Source: Podarcis muralis (taxonomy: Eukaryota). Taken from it: a stretch of 64,000 nt of DNA. Below, piece by piece: positions 24,779 to 37,785 of the stretch. The position numbers and the translations under genes were made by a program. Location: the NCBI RefSeq assembly GCF_964188315.1, contig NC_135658.1:47182001-47246000 (forward strand). Reading direction: 5' to 3'. Under the pieces are notes generated by a model, which did not search any database, was not told where the DNA came from, and was given only the letters and a program-made list of their open reading frames with translations. Position 1 is the first letter of the stretch, and every line of letters begins with the position of its first letter.

Positions 24779-25762
24779 ACCTCATCTGTCTCTTGAGAAA
24801 TCTCTATGTGGGACAAGAAGCTACAGTTAGAACTGGATATGGAACAACTGATTGGTTCAAAATTGGGAAAGGAGTATGACAAGGCTGTATATTGTCTCCC
24901 TGCTTATTTAACTTATATGCAGAATTCATCATGTGAAAGGCTGGGCTGGATAAATCCCTAGCCGGAATTAAGATTGCCGGAAGAAATATCAACAACCTCA
25001 GATATGCAGATGACACAACATTGATGGCAGAAAGTGAGGAGGAATTAAAGAACCTTTTAATGAGGGTGAAAGAGGAGAGCGCAAAATATGGTCTGAAGCT
25101 CAACATCAAAAAAACGAAGATCATGGCCACTGGTCCCATCACCTCCTGGCAAATAGAAGGGGAAGAAATGGAGGCAGTGAGAGATTTTACTTTATTGGGC
25201 TCCATGATCACTGCAGATGGTGACAGCAGCCACAAAATTAAAAGACGCCTGCTTCTTGGGAGAAAAGCAGTGACAAACCTAGACAGCATCTTAAAAAGCA
25301 GAGACATCACCTTGCCAACAAAGGTCCGTATAGTTAAAGCTATGGTTTTCCCAGTAGTGATGTATGGAAGTGAGAGCTGGACCATAAAGAAGGCTGATCG
25401 CCGAGGAATTGATGCTTTTGAATTCTGGTGCTGGAGGAGACTCTTGAGAGTCCCATGGACTGCAAGAAGATCAAACCTCTCTATTCTTAAGGAAATCAGC
25501 TCTGAGTGCTCACTGGAAGGACAGATCCTGAAGCTGAGGCTCCAATACTTTGGCCACCTCTTGAGAAGAGAAGACTCCCTGGAAAAGACCCCGATGTTGG
25601 GAAAGATGGAGGGCACAAGGAGAAGGGGATGGCAGAGGACGAGATGGTTGGATAGTGTTCTCAAAGCTACTAACATGAGTTTCACCAAACTGCGGGAGGC
25701 AGTGGAAGACAGGAGTGCCTAGCGTGCTCTGGTCCATGGGGTCACGAAGAGTTGGACACGAC
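24779..25762 (+). mobile_element. BovB (RTE) LINE, 5'-truncated
   Basis: RT motif RYADDT and BovB-type C-terminus (LRLQYFGHLLRREDSLEKT). 9-bp TSD TAATGTATC at 24770-24778 and 25763-25771. Confidence 0.95.
25021..25722 (+). pseudogene. BovB ORF2 (reverse transcriptase) C-terminal remnant
   Basis: 233-aa ORF from the track. In-frame TGA codons upstream (ex-CGA) and the 5' truncation make it non-functional. Confidence 0.85.
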
Positions 25763-28615
25763 TAATGTATCTTGCGCTGGTATACAGTCACAGAGCATAT
25801 TCAAGTGAACAACTTAAGTTCTCTGTCCCTAAGATGGCATTGTTCATAGTGTGCCATTTGTAAAAGTACTTGAGGACTCATTGGCTAGCAGAATGGGATG
25901 CTGAAGGAACACTTTTGTATATATATCAAACTAATATTCCTGAAGATAATTCCAAGTCCATCCTTAAATTGCAACTCCCTGTGGAATTCAACAGTTCTCT
26001 ATCCAGGTTATAGATGGGATAATATTCCTCTATTCACCTCAAAACAACTGGTTTTTGCACAAATTATTTTGTGTACTCACAGAACCTGAAGGGCTTTTGC
26101 AAGCACACAAATAATGCCCACAAGACCCTCAACTGTCTCTTCCCCTGCTCCACAAACTAAGATGAGAGAAAAAAGGGCCTGCAAAAAGGGGAGCCAGTGA
26201 TGAGAGGGAACGCATTTATTGCTAGTTGGATATGCCTCTGATCTGTCTCCCCAGCTGCTGACATTGAAATGATGTTTCTGAACTTGCAGTGAAGTACTTT
26301 AAAAATAAAAATAAAATCAGGAAATTGTAGTTTCAACTTCTGCAGCAGGGCAGACACAGTGAGAGCCTTCCCAGCAAGTTAAATGGGCTACATTCTAACA
26401 CTAGTTACTTCCCCCCTGCAGAAACAAATGTAAAGGATTTGTGCTTTCCCACCTTAGTATGTGAAAGTGGTAGGGGGAAGGCTAATGAGGCAGGAAGTGA
26501 GCCTCATTTCATACCTCACTGTGACCTGAATGGGTCTGGACTGGACTTCTGAGCCTCTGAATGGAGGGATGGGAATCACTGGAAAACAGAGCTGCCAATA
26601 CACAGGTATTTCTTTAGGATGGAATATGTGCAATAGGGCACACCATGCTGAATGACTGCTCAAAGCATTCATTATTGCTTAGGGTGGGGAATTGCAAGTG
26701 CTTCTGTGAGGGTTTGTTGGAAGACCTCCATGGTTCATCAGGACATCCTTTGGAAAAAATTAAATGAACTCAGCTTCTAATCTCTTGAGGGAAGTCTCAC
26801 TTATCATTAATGGAAGTGAGTAAGAACAATTTAAGCAATATGGTGACTGACATTAAAATTAAAGTTTCAGGAAAAATGGGAGGGGGGATGTAGACAACTT
26901 CATGAAAATGTGTGTGCTAAAAGAATATTTCATCTACAAATAACAATGGTAGAAAAATCCACGTCATATGATGGTGAAATGAGTGTACTATAACAAAATG
27001 TTTCTATATTTCCCCCCATGCTTTAAAAAAACAATACCTAATCCGTAATGTACCAATAGTCTACTTATTAACTGAAGGTGTACTTTGGAAGCACTGAGAG
27101 GAATATGTTACTAAATTGAAATTCAAATTATATTAAACTGTGCTATTGATTGCACATCACATTCTATTCTTTTGGAATACTAGAAAAATAGTTGGAGCTA
27201 TTCTTACAACAACAAAACATCATCACACATCATAATTTAAGTTAATGAATCAGTGTTAAAGTTTGAGTTACTTACACTAGAGAACCTAACTCAGAAGTGG
27301 GCAGGCTATAGAATCAATATTAAAGTTTTGTCCTGCACAGTAGCCATTGCAACTTGAAGAAGGTATAGTCATCTTATCCTTAGGTCATCTTAGCACATGC
27401 TTGCCTGACCAGATAAGATTAGATTTCCACATGGCATCACCCTTTTTTGGACCCACTTTAGGATTAAGCTCATGAATGTTTCGCTTGCATCTTTCCTTAA
27501 CTGGCTCTTAGCCCAGCCAGAAATCTCAGAGTCTTAAATGTTTCTTCAATTAGCTTGCCAATTCATTAGTCTTATTGGTGCAGTGCCATAGATAGCAATA
27601 CATTATCAGTTATAGCAGTAGCAAAGAGGAGAGTTGCCATGAGGAGGAAATTATTGCTAATTCCAGTTGGGTTAATTGTAGGGATGGCATTATGTCCATG
27701 GAAATAGTTGTAAATGTAATTCATAAATGTGTTATCTATAACACTCCCTTGAGGACCCAATGGCTGCCAGCTGCTGACTCCCACAGTGCAACCCGGCCTC
27801 TTCCTTATGCATTTTCCTACTCCCATTTTATTCTTCACCTATGGATTTCCTAAAATCCTACATTCTTGACATATCTTTGTTAATTTCACCTCTGCTCAAT
27901 TTCATTCTCATACTTTCCACCCAAACTTCTGTGCTTTGTCCCCCACTTTCCTCAACCCTTTAATTCACTTTTTTCTGTTCTCTGGTGAACTCTGACAATC
28001 GCAGGAATCACTGAATGATAGAATTGCAGCGTTTGAAGGTCATCTAGTTCAACCCCCTGAAATTATTAGAACTGAATGTGCTTTCATACAACCTTATCGA
28101 ATTTGGGATATATAGTGTTTCTTTCCTTGTTAAACGTTCTTCATGTTTGGAAATGGAAATATTATCAAAATAGTATTCTGTAAGAAGTTGACAGAATGAA
28201 GTCATGTCTGCTAATGGTCATAAATAAGTGGCATTGTCATAGCATGAATCAGCAAGAGTCTGTTCTGAAGGCTGAGCATGTATGTTTGAATAGATGTATG
28301 TCATTTATGAATTGCTTCCTATAATGATCTAACAATCAACAGTTTAGTTCTTTTGTAAAGTTCTCTTTGCTTTAGAGTGCTCACAGTATAAGCATAAACA
28401 TGTTCACTGGCAACAGAATTGGATTTTTCATGTGGTAATAATACCTCAATAAATGAAACTCCACTTTTATTCTCCTTCACTGTTCCTATCCTGTTAATGC
28501 ACACAAATGCAATGACTATTAATGTCTAGCTACCTACCTAAATTTACTAAAGTTCTAATTATGCCAGTATGAATTAAATATGAAATGGCTCAAATTATGT
28601 TGACAATGCCTTTAG

Positions 28616-28713
28616 GGTTACTGTTACCAGTGGGAAATATATCGGGTCAGATATTTGGGTCACCATGATTCGACCTTACCTAACAAGGTTGGACTTCTTT
28701 ACTCTCATTTCAG
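28616..28713 (+). CDS. Candidate exon (VTVTSGKYIGSDIWVTMIRPYLTRLDFFTLIS), unidentified gene
   Basis: ATGCCTTTAG acceptor and CAG|GTATGT donor, phase 2 to 1. A second frame is also open. Confidence 0.25.
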
Positions 28714-29183
28714 GTATGTCACCATTTAGCTCATATTTCAACATATTTTGTAGATCTGTATACAACCCCTAGAGTGTACTAGACTGATAGGATTCTATTT
28801 TGATATTTTTATGTTCATATCACATGCAATATTCATGTCCACTACTCACAGTACAGGACAAAATTCACTGAAAGGAAAATATCTCTTTTAGATTTTGTCT
28901 GATGCATCTTGTAGCATGGGGATGTGATGGAGGATAAATAACATTTTAAGGAAGTCTAGGCAATAGATTTTAGTTTCAGATTTAGAGGATAAATGATTAC
29001 TACGGGCTACGAAGAATCTTCCTCCAGGTCAGGTTGGTTGCTGGTCCAAGAGGATTTACATCTCCTTCTGTAGCAGGTGTCCTAGTTTAGTTCCTTTATT
29101 TCTCTGAATAATTTATGCCTTGTCATATTGAGTTAGGAGTGAAACAAAAAGGACCTCATTATTTAATTGCCTTGAACTAACAG

Positions 29184-29243
29184 AAGATGAAGTGTCAACA
29201 AGCATTGCTCCATCGCTTATGTGGCAGATAGCTGTTTCCGACC
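29184..29243 (+). CDS. Candidate 60-nt exon (DEVSTSIAPSLMWQIAVSD), unidentified gene
   Basis: TTGAACTAACAG acceptor and ACC|GTGAGT donor. Only phase 1 to 1 is open. Confidence 0.25.
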
Positions 29244-29376
29244 GTGAGTTCTCTTTTGGTGTTTCAGTGAGGAAAAGATAAATAAGAGAAAAAGAGTGAA
29301 ACTGTGGGGAAACAGTAGAAGGAGAAAGGGAAATGGTGAGAGCAGTAGGGCTTGGGGCTGATTCACAAGAGGCTCA

Positions 29377-29678
29377 GGCCCCACCTGCACTATTCATTTA
29401 AAGCAGTATAATATCATGGCCAAATATCCCTATGAAGGGGGGTTTGTTAAGGGTGCTTAGAGTTGTTAGGTGATCCCTATTATCACAAAGCTACAGCAGA
29501 GTGGTTTACCAGTCAATCCCTCTTCCCATGAAACTGGGAACTGTAGCTCAATGAGAGGAGTGGAGGTCTTCTAACAACTTTCGGCACCCTTAACAAACTA
29601 CAGTCCCTAGGGGAAGCCACAGCTGCTTAAAGTGCTATGAAGTACCATAGCTTTAAATGTATAGTGCAGATGGTGGCC
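29377..29678. mobile_element. PIF/Harbinger-like palindromic MITE
   Basis: Ends GGCCCCACCTGCACTAT / ATAGTGCAGATGGTGGCC with 3-bp flanks TCA/TTA. A related relic lies at about 8340-8780. Confidence 0.55.
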
Positions 29679-30004
29679 TTAGCTTCTCTTAACATGCCAC
29701 TGTAACATGTCATTTAAACAGCTGTGGCTTCCCTGGGGTCTGATAAGTGGTTGTGGTGGCATGCTCAATGGTCAAACAACAGTCATAGCTGGAGTAGTCA
29801 ATGCAGCCTCATTTGTACATGAGAAGCACATCACACTCAATAATAATTTATAAAAAGCCTACGGAACACAGATCATTCATCTTTAGCTTGTAAGAGGTGC
29901 GTGAACAAATAAATAATGTCCTGATCACTAAATTGCTCAGGCCACTTTTTAGCAGCATATCAGGCCCAAGCTCTCTCTGGCTTCATGCTCAAAAAGTGAA
30001 AGCA

Positions 30005-30272
30005 CTGTCCGGCGGGACACCCCGGGTGCCACTCTGGGAGGGGTGACAAGATGGCCCCTGCCTCCCCCCAGCTGTAGAGTGGCCGAGGGCGCCCGCAGTC
30101 CATATGGGCGCCACTTGCGCGGCGTCCGTACGGGCTGCCGCTCTCGCACGGTGACCATATGGGCTGCGCATGTGTGGCATTCCGTATGGAGTGAGCACAC
30201 GCGGGATGCCGCACATGCACAGTCTGTATGGGCTACGCTGCCCCGGGTGCCAGAGAGGGTTCCTCCGCCACA
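30005..30272 (-). mobile_element. CpG-rich non-autonomous DNA-transposon-like element, one end degraded
   Basis: The minus strand starts CTGTGGCGGAGGAACC (CAGTGGCG-type terminus). Repeated GGCACCCGGG and CCGTACGG-type motifs. Confidence 0.55.
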
Positions 30273-30754
30273 GCTCACATGGCTTGTTAGTCTCTAAAGC
30301 ATTTTGGGCTTGCCTCTTAGAGAGGAAGTACACAACAATAGTTCATAGATGTTGTTGGCCAGTGGTCAGGGATGTTGGCAGTTATAGTCCAACACAACTG
30401 GGGCACCACATATTTATAATCCTGGGGTAGAGTATTGGCCTTGCATATAAGAAACACACTCCAAACATTATATGCTGGCAAATCTGGTATTACCTCCAAC
30501 AGTATACTATACCAAAAAAGGCCCAGCTTGAACTAGTGAATATAAATTCATTTACATTATATTCACTAAATATATTTTACATTAAAAATGTATGCACAGT
30601 CACCCAATTGTTTAATCCCGAAGGGAGTGAGTCACAGAGTGGAGGCCAAAAAGGTGAGAGAGGGAGTGAGTTTGTTCTGCTAGAAATCTGAATAATATTA
30701 TTGAGCTCCCATCAGCTTGTACAATGTAAACTTGATATGCCTAGTTGATTAGGG

Positions 30755-30886
30755 CAGGCTTCCTCAAACTTGGCCCTCCAGATGTTTTGAGACTGCAATT
30801 CCCATCACCCCTGACCCCTGTTCCTGCTAGGGATCATGGGAGGTGTAGGCCAAAAACATCTGGAGGGCCAAGTTTGAGGAAGCCTG
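30755..30886. mobile_element. Short palindromic hAT MITE
   Basis: TIRs CAGGCTTCCTCAAACTTGGCCCTCCAGATG and its reverse complement. Perfect 8-bp TSD GATTAGGG. Confidence 0.92.
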
Positions 30887-32999
30887 GATTAGGGTATGAG
30901 AAATAATTTATTGTTTATCTGGTATTATTTATTGTGATTGCTGGTCTATTATCCTTCAAACTGTAATTTAGAAGTTACTATTTGCTATTGCTGACCTGTG
31001 AGCTTGGGACAAACTACAGTTTAGTTTAAATTAGAATGTGGATGCTTACTGGAGGAATTTCCTGATGCTTACTGGAAGAATACGAAGCTGTGGTTCAGTG
31101 TTAAGTCCAAACTTGTCCAATGTGACAGAATTATCTTGTGGGTGAAAAAACGTTAACAGTAAATCTCACTGGTATCAGTGAGGCTAACCCCCTAGTAAGT
31201 ATTTTATGGTTGCATCTAGAATATATATGAAGAGCTCTTAAATAATTATGTAGGTTTTCATGCCTTTTAAAAAAGAAGCACTAGTGCATACTGGAAACCA
31301 GAAGTTTGGAACATAAAGAGTATTTTTGACCTGCAGTGCATGAAGGCAATTGCAATGCACCTGATTAATGGAAGCTGAAATGCTGAGATGCCAGAAAATT
31401 TCCATAAACAATGGCTGATTCCAATATTACACTTATTATACTGCTAAGTGACAAGAAAGTTTACTTTTTCTCTTCCGATATACAATCCTAGTAAGCCCAT
31501 GCATGTACAGGAGACTGTTCATTGTAGGGGATTATTTTCTGTCAGTATGTAAAGTGTCGCCTATAATTAAGCAGCAACTTTTCTTTGATAGAATGCCAAG
31601 AAAATAATAACTTTGTCACAGCAAAAAATGTGAAAACTTTGACAAAGAAAGACATTTATCTGTTTCATAGGTCCTGTGGTGATTAGTTTGGCCCTAATTA
31701 ATGATGGCTTTCTAAAGTGAGAGATAATTGCTGACACACGTAATGCAGAAAGTTCAATAGCTAAAATGAGCAATAATGAGCATGCACTTTGAAGCATGCC
31801 TGACAGAGTGCTTAGACTACAAAAAGTTAAAGAAGTACCTTGAGCAGACTTGATGAATGACAATCTTCCACTGTCCCTCTCTTTCCATCAGTGTTTAAGG
31901 ATTATGGCTTTTAATGGTTCGGGGCTGGATCCTTGACTCTTAAAATTTGAGATTTATGATGACTGAGAAATGTCCATATTAAGAAGGTAAAATGAAGATT
32001 CAGATTACATCCATTTCTGACCATTATAATTAATAGCGGAATCTTCACTTGTAACTAATTCAATAGAGGTCAGTGCGTTGCTATGGTAATGTCCTAGCCA
32101 AGCAATTTTACCCATTTTCCAGTCTGCTGCTCTTTTGCATAACTGCAAGTGATAAAATGTTTTAATTGCAATATTTGCAAATGATGCAACATCTGGGCTC
32201 CAGATTTGCATATAAAGGAAGAAGATTAATGGAGTTATTAGCATATTGTTGTAAACCTTGATATAATGAATTTAATTACTGAAAACTAAAATTTCAATAA
32301 TAACTTTTTGAATGTTAGGATGGTAAAGAGGAGGAGAAGGTTCATACTAAACAGGCCCATATTTATTGAAGGCAGTTTGCAGCAAATTTATGTTATTTTC
32401 ACTGAAAAGTAACTTCATTTCCTGCTGATATTACAAGTGAAAAATATGCATGTGGCATATCAGTTGAATAAACTGAACTAGTAGATAGAGGATACCTTTA
32501 AACTAGTGGGTTGGTGCTAAAGGCTAAATTTATTCTACCATTTACATTAACAAACCAGTTATCAAGTCTGGAGGAAGATCTCACAGACAGTTGTGGGATC
32601 TAGTTTTAATATGCCTTTTTTACGAAAATTAATCCACTTTGAGTCTTTTTTAGAAATACTACTAAATAAATTAAAAAGTTGGCTCCATGAACATTGGTGG
32701 TGTGGATCAGCACAAGTGGCCTGTCATAATGAAGAATGCCAATGTTTCACAAGCTAAAGAAGTAATCATACTAAAAATGTAATAGCCACTGCTTACGGCC
32801 AAGATACCTGTTTCTAGCTCAGTACTAAATTGAAAACCACTGTGTTACTTTTATGACCAATAATTATTTTGGCTAGATCTATGCTTGCACTAGAGATCCA
32901 GGCCAACCCTGATGAAGTGGATTTGATGTTGGGGAGTAATAAGTACCAGTGACATCATCATTATCTTAATGACCGGTTCGTTAAGCTAATTCATTAATT

Positions 33000-33910
33000 A
33001 AAATTTCTTTTTAACGCACCTTGGGGGAGGGGGTCGATAAAGGAAAATAAATCAAAACCACAAATATCAATCCGATAAAAACTACAGCAGAACCCCCCCC
33101 CCAGCAGAATCAATAGGAACAATAAATAATGCCAATATGCAGAAAGAGCATTAATATCCTATAAAGGCCTGTTCAGCAGACATCCAAAATTAATAAAAGT
33201 GCTAGCTATATTGAAAGGAATATGCCATTTTATAGTTGGGGTGCCACGATGGAGAATATCTTTTTTCTGACTGCAACATAACAGATCTCCATTGGCTACA
33301 GAACAATCAAAAGTGGGGCCTGAACCACTGATCTCAGCTCACGGACAGGTTGATGTTCCTTTAGATATCTAGGTCCCAAGTTATTCAGGGTTTTACAAGT
33401 CATTACTAGCACCTTGAAACTGGCTCAACAACAAATTGGCAGGCAGTACAGTTCTTTCAGGGTTGACGTAATGTGATCCCAATAGGCACAGTCACTGAAC
33501 AGCCTAGATGCTGCATTTTCCACTGGCCAAAGCTTTGGAACAATCTACAAGAGCAGCCCCCCCCCCCCTAGAGCTGGATAGCACACAGACCTTTGGGAGA
33601 TTAATAGCACATGGACCATTATGGCAAACCTATTTCTGTCCAGGAATGGCCATAACTTGTGAACTTGCCATTTGTGAATACTTGCCACTTGTGAACTGGT
33701 TGCCAATACCATTTGTGATGCTGGCAAAAGTGTTGGATCTAGAAGTACTTCCAGACGACGCACCTGCTCTTTCAAAGGGAGTGCAACCTCATCAAGAACA
33801 GACCATCTTCCTAAATCCCAGACATGGGAACCACAAGCTCACAGAACTGCTACACTGTTGTGATTCAGTCTGCGAGAGGTCTTTTGTAAGATACTACAAG
33901 GATCATGCAG
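33000..33910 (-). mobile_element. Degenerate L2 LINE 3' fragment
   Basis: Minus-strand KEQVRRLEVLLDP...LWPFLDR resembles L2 ORF2 (KDQVRSLGVLLDP...LRPYLD). Boundaries are approximate. Confidence 0.65.
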
Positions 33911-34223
33911 GACCCTTCAGTCTATGAGGCTTATGCTAGACCTCAGTTCTACACACACTAGCCCTCTTCAGGTGCTCTGCTTTAATGTAAGAGCAACACG
34001 TCTATTGAGGATGAGTACACTAAGCAACCCCTAGCATTACCCATGTTAGTCACCACTAGTTACAGCTGAACTTTTGCAGTAGGTAGCTTCTGTACTCATC
34101 AAAGCTCCCAATGTGATTTAGAAGAGTGAACCAGCATTGGCTAAATGGCAGATTTCACCATTTCCTAAACTCAGTTATACCATCAAAATTCATTGACCGG
34201 GCTGCTACTACTACTACTACTAC

Positions 34224-34358
34224 CAGTACTATTTTTCTAGAAAAGTTGGTGCTGGAACGCACCACGAATGCCTTCCTTGTTTTCTTAGAATGTCAATGGT
34301 GCCCACCTGAAAGGTGCCAGAACTGAGTTCCAGTGAGTTCCAGCTGAAAAAAGCCCTG
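34224..34358. mobile_element. hAT-type MITE inserted in an (ACT)n microsatellite
   Basis: Ends CAGTACTATTTTTCTAG / CTGAAAAAAGCCCTG. The 8-bp flank ACTACTAC appears on both sides. Confidence 0.75.

Positions 34359-34398
<40 letters not shown>
34359..34398. repeat. (ACT)13 microsatellite
   Basis: Directly visible. The left half of the repeat is at 34204-34223. Confidence 0.95.
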
Positions 34399-36029
34399 GC
34401 ATATGTTCATTCAGGAAACTGAAAAGAGCTCAAATAAAAGGAAAATGTTTCACATACCCTCTGATTTCTTACTTTTTCTGTTAAGGAGACAATTGTATAG
34501 AGTGTAAAAGAAAACATACTCTGCTTGTCTACCTGCATATTTTGAAGATGTTTCAAAAAGTGATAATAGCAATCTTTCCCATGAAACCGTGTATCCTAAT
34601 TTCATATGATTTGATGCAGCATTCATAGGAAACAAAGAGGAAGAGGCAGCAAAAAAGGTATGAGATAGGGTAGCATATGGCAGCCCTCAGGGCTGTTAAG
34701 TGAAGCCTTTATATTATTGTAATAAATCCTAAATCTCAGTTTCGTTCCTTTGTGGTTGTGGCAAAACATGAAACTTGAAACCATGGTGGAAGCATGCCCT
34801 AAAGCTCTGGAGCAAACAGCAGCAAAAGAACTTCCAGCTTTTGAAGTTTCCAAATCAATGTGTTTCTAAGTTCATTTCTTGATCCCAATAGGCTGATCCA
34901 TGCTTTTGAAGATTTGTGGCCAGAAATACCAGGGTATGTGGTAATTCCAGTTTGTTGAAAGACTTAAGCTGGTGAACCCCATTCTGTAGATCTTGAATTA
35001 AATGCAGAGAGCTCTAAAGAACTTTTAGAAAAGTTCTGCATGAGAAGAGCTATAAAAACACACAGGACATTTGTATTTCATAAAAGGCAATCAAAAAGAA
35101 AAGCCACAAACATTTCTTGTTCACAACGTCGAATTATGATCCTCAGTCTGACTGCTTTTAATAAAGCATTTGTCAAAGTTTAAGGCATAACCTCTACTGT
35201 TAGCTCCCATCAATCAATTATTCTGGTAGACTTTTTAAATTAAAAAACTACTCCAGATGAAGTTTTAATTCCTCACAAATATGTCAGTAGTTTGAAGTCT
35301 CAGTATCAGGCAGATGTAAAATGAGCACAGCTTCTGTCTTAGCAAATAAAAATGTTGCCTGGTGTTTTGTGCAGCTCACGTGTAATGGATGTTGAAATAC
35401 TCAACCACCCCACAAGAACTGCTGATCTTTTCACAGAAACGGAATCAAAAGAAGTTGTTGATAAAGCTGAAGAAGTCCTCATGTTAAAATGCACTTCTTC
35501 AATATGTGCCATTTTCTACTTTCTGATCAAAATAAATGGGATTATATCCACAAATCATTCAAGTGTTTCAAAATAACTTGTTAGGATGTCACCCAGATGT
35601 GTGTTTCACTTTTGAAAATAAGAAAACTTCACCAGCAGGTAGAAGACTAGTTCTAGAAAAAAATGAATCTATCACATCTTGTTTGAAATACCTACCTAAT
35701 CAGTGGAGATTACAGTCCATTATTTCTGGCAAACCTTTTGAAAAGTTCTGTGACAAACCCCTGTATTCTTATGTAGACCGACAGCACCATCTAGAGCCTC
35801 TGGAATTTTGAATCCCTATGGAGAACTCTTGACTAGACAAAGGTTTTTATTTCTAATTTACTTTCTCAATTTAATCTCAAGTGATCTGAACTAACATTAT
35901 ATGGTAACCCCTGCCTCTTATCCCTCCTGATGACTTTTCTAAAGGTATAGAAAGGAAATGCTCTCCTGATCCTATTTCCATATTAGATCTGGGAAGTTGC
36001 AATTTCATCTGTCCAGGGCAAGCCCTATC

Positions 36030-36370
36030 CAGGGGTGTCTTACCCATAGAGGTTAGTGGCGCAGGGTGCCAGGGCGCCAAGTTCTGGAGGGTGCCAGAGA
36101 AGAGGCACAGGCTGGACGTGGCACCTCCCAGCATCAGCTCGCCACCCTCGCCCGCCTCTGCCATGCTGTGCCAAAGCAGCGTTGTGCCCGGATCCTCCGT
36201 CTGCTGTGGCCACCGTGGCACGAAGCGGCCAGCTGAGCCAGGAGGCACCGCGTCCAGCCTCCGCTTCTTCTTTTATTGCAACTGGCCCTATCTTTAGGCA
36301 GAGTGAGGCAATCACCACAGGCGACAGATGCTGGGGGAGCTGGGCAGCAGCACTGGTCCCCTAGCCACTG
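36030..36370. mobile_element. GC/CpG-rich non-autonomous DNA-element relic
   Basis: Begins CAGGGG and ends CCACTG, with an abrupt GC step against the flanks. No clean TSD. Confidence 0.4.
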
Positions 36371-37417
36371 CCCTCTGTTGGAGGACAGAGCTGTATATGT
36401 CACAGAGCCTGTTCTGGGGCCCTGAACTTGCCTGTTGCCTCAGGTGCAGTGGAGAATGCTGTTTCATCATTAGTGTTGAAGTGATGTTTAATTGCCACCC
36501 CAGTCAACTTCTGTTCATGGTATGAGGAAAGGGTACCATCTTGCCTCAAGCAACAAAATGTCCTGGGCCATCCCTGCTTCTGCACAGAGCAAGAAATGGT
36601 AAAATGAGAACTCAGAAAGGCCTGGAAATTAACAAAAGAATGCCACAGGGAAGCTGGGCTGCCTGGCAGCTAGGAGACAGAGAAATAGGGAAGAATTACT
36701 ATTAGCTTTCGAGGGACCCCAATTTCTCTTAAGAACTCAGCACAATAAGTTCTATGATCATCTCGTGTCTTAGCATATGTATGCCTTTTGCACTGGTTGC
36801 CTGGAGTGCTGCTGTGATCTTCTGTTGCTACAGAGAATGAAAGTAGGTCAAGTGGGTTGGTAAGGTTACACCACTGACCTACTTTGCCACTTTGCTTTCA
36901 CTGACAGAAACTGGTAGCAGAGAAATGTACAGTAAATTACTGAAGGAAACTGGAAATTCAGAGTAGAACCAGTTATTGACCCCAGGTTGTTCATACTGCA
37001 AGCCAGGCAGCAGAATCTGTAGAAACATATTATTATGAGTATGGATTGCAGCTGTTTCCATTTTTGCAGAGGATATTTTATACATAATAAGATCTGACAT
37101 CTGAAATACCAGACCATTTCATTTCAGTATCTTCATCATTTCAGCCTCTCTCTTCTCCCTGTCAGTGCATAGTGTGCAAGCTTTTGAGTTCTCCAGAACT
37201 CTTCATCAGGCTAGCCAGTAAACAAATCTTAAAGGGAGAATATATCTATTTATCATGATGGTGCTAAAATGGGATCCTGGATTGGAGAAAGAGGATATTA
37301 TAACATCTAAAAATGAGACTTGGTTCTCCAAGGAAACATTTCCTCCAGCTGCTAGGTAAAGCTAAGCAATTTGCTTCATTTCCCCACTTTTTTACCTAGC
37401 AGTACAACTAAAATTAA

Positions 37418-37785
37418 GGGACGCGGGTGGCGCTGTGGGTAAAACCTCAGCGCCTAGGGCTTGCCGATCGCATGGTCGGCGGTTCGAATCCCCGCGGCAG
37501 GGTGAGCTCCCGTCTTTCGGTCCCAGTTCCTGCCCACCTAGCAGTTCGAAAGCACCCCTAAGTACAAGTAGATAAATAGGTACCGCTTTATAGCGGGAAG
37601 GTAAACGGCGTTTCCGTATGCTGCGCTGGTGCCGGCTCGCCAGAGCAGCTTCGTCATGCTGGCCACGTGACCTGGAAGTGTCTCCGGACAGCGCTGGCCC
37701 CCAGCCTCTTAAGTGAGATGGGCGCACAACCCTAGAGTCGGACAGGACTGGCCCGTATGGGCAGGGGTACCTTTACCTTTACCTT
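37418..37785 (+). mobile_element. Sauria (Squam1) SINE, full length, young
   Basis: GGGACGCGGGTGGCGCTGTGG head and (ACCTTT)n tail. Perfect 15-bp TSD TACAACTAAAATTAA (37403-17, 37786-800). Confidence 0.96.

Noticed and set aside
24804-25688. 294-aa minus-strand ORF (and 48873-49313 etc.)
   Set aside because: Antisense shadow of BovB ORF2.
27572-27838. NUMT suspicion from INPTGIS (cytochrome b NNPTGI-like)
   Set aside because: Only about 15 nt resemble cytb; the flanks do not.
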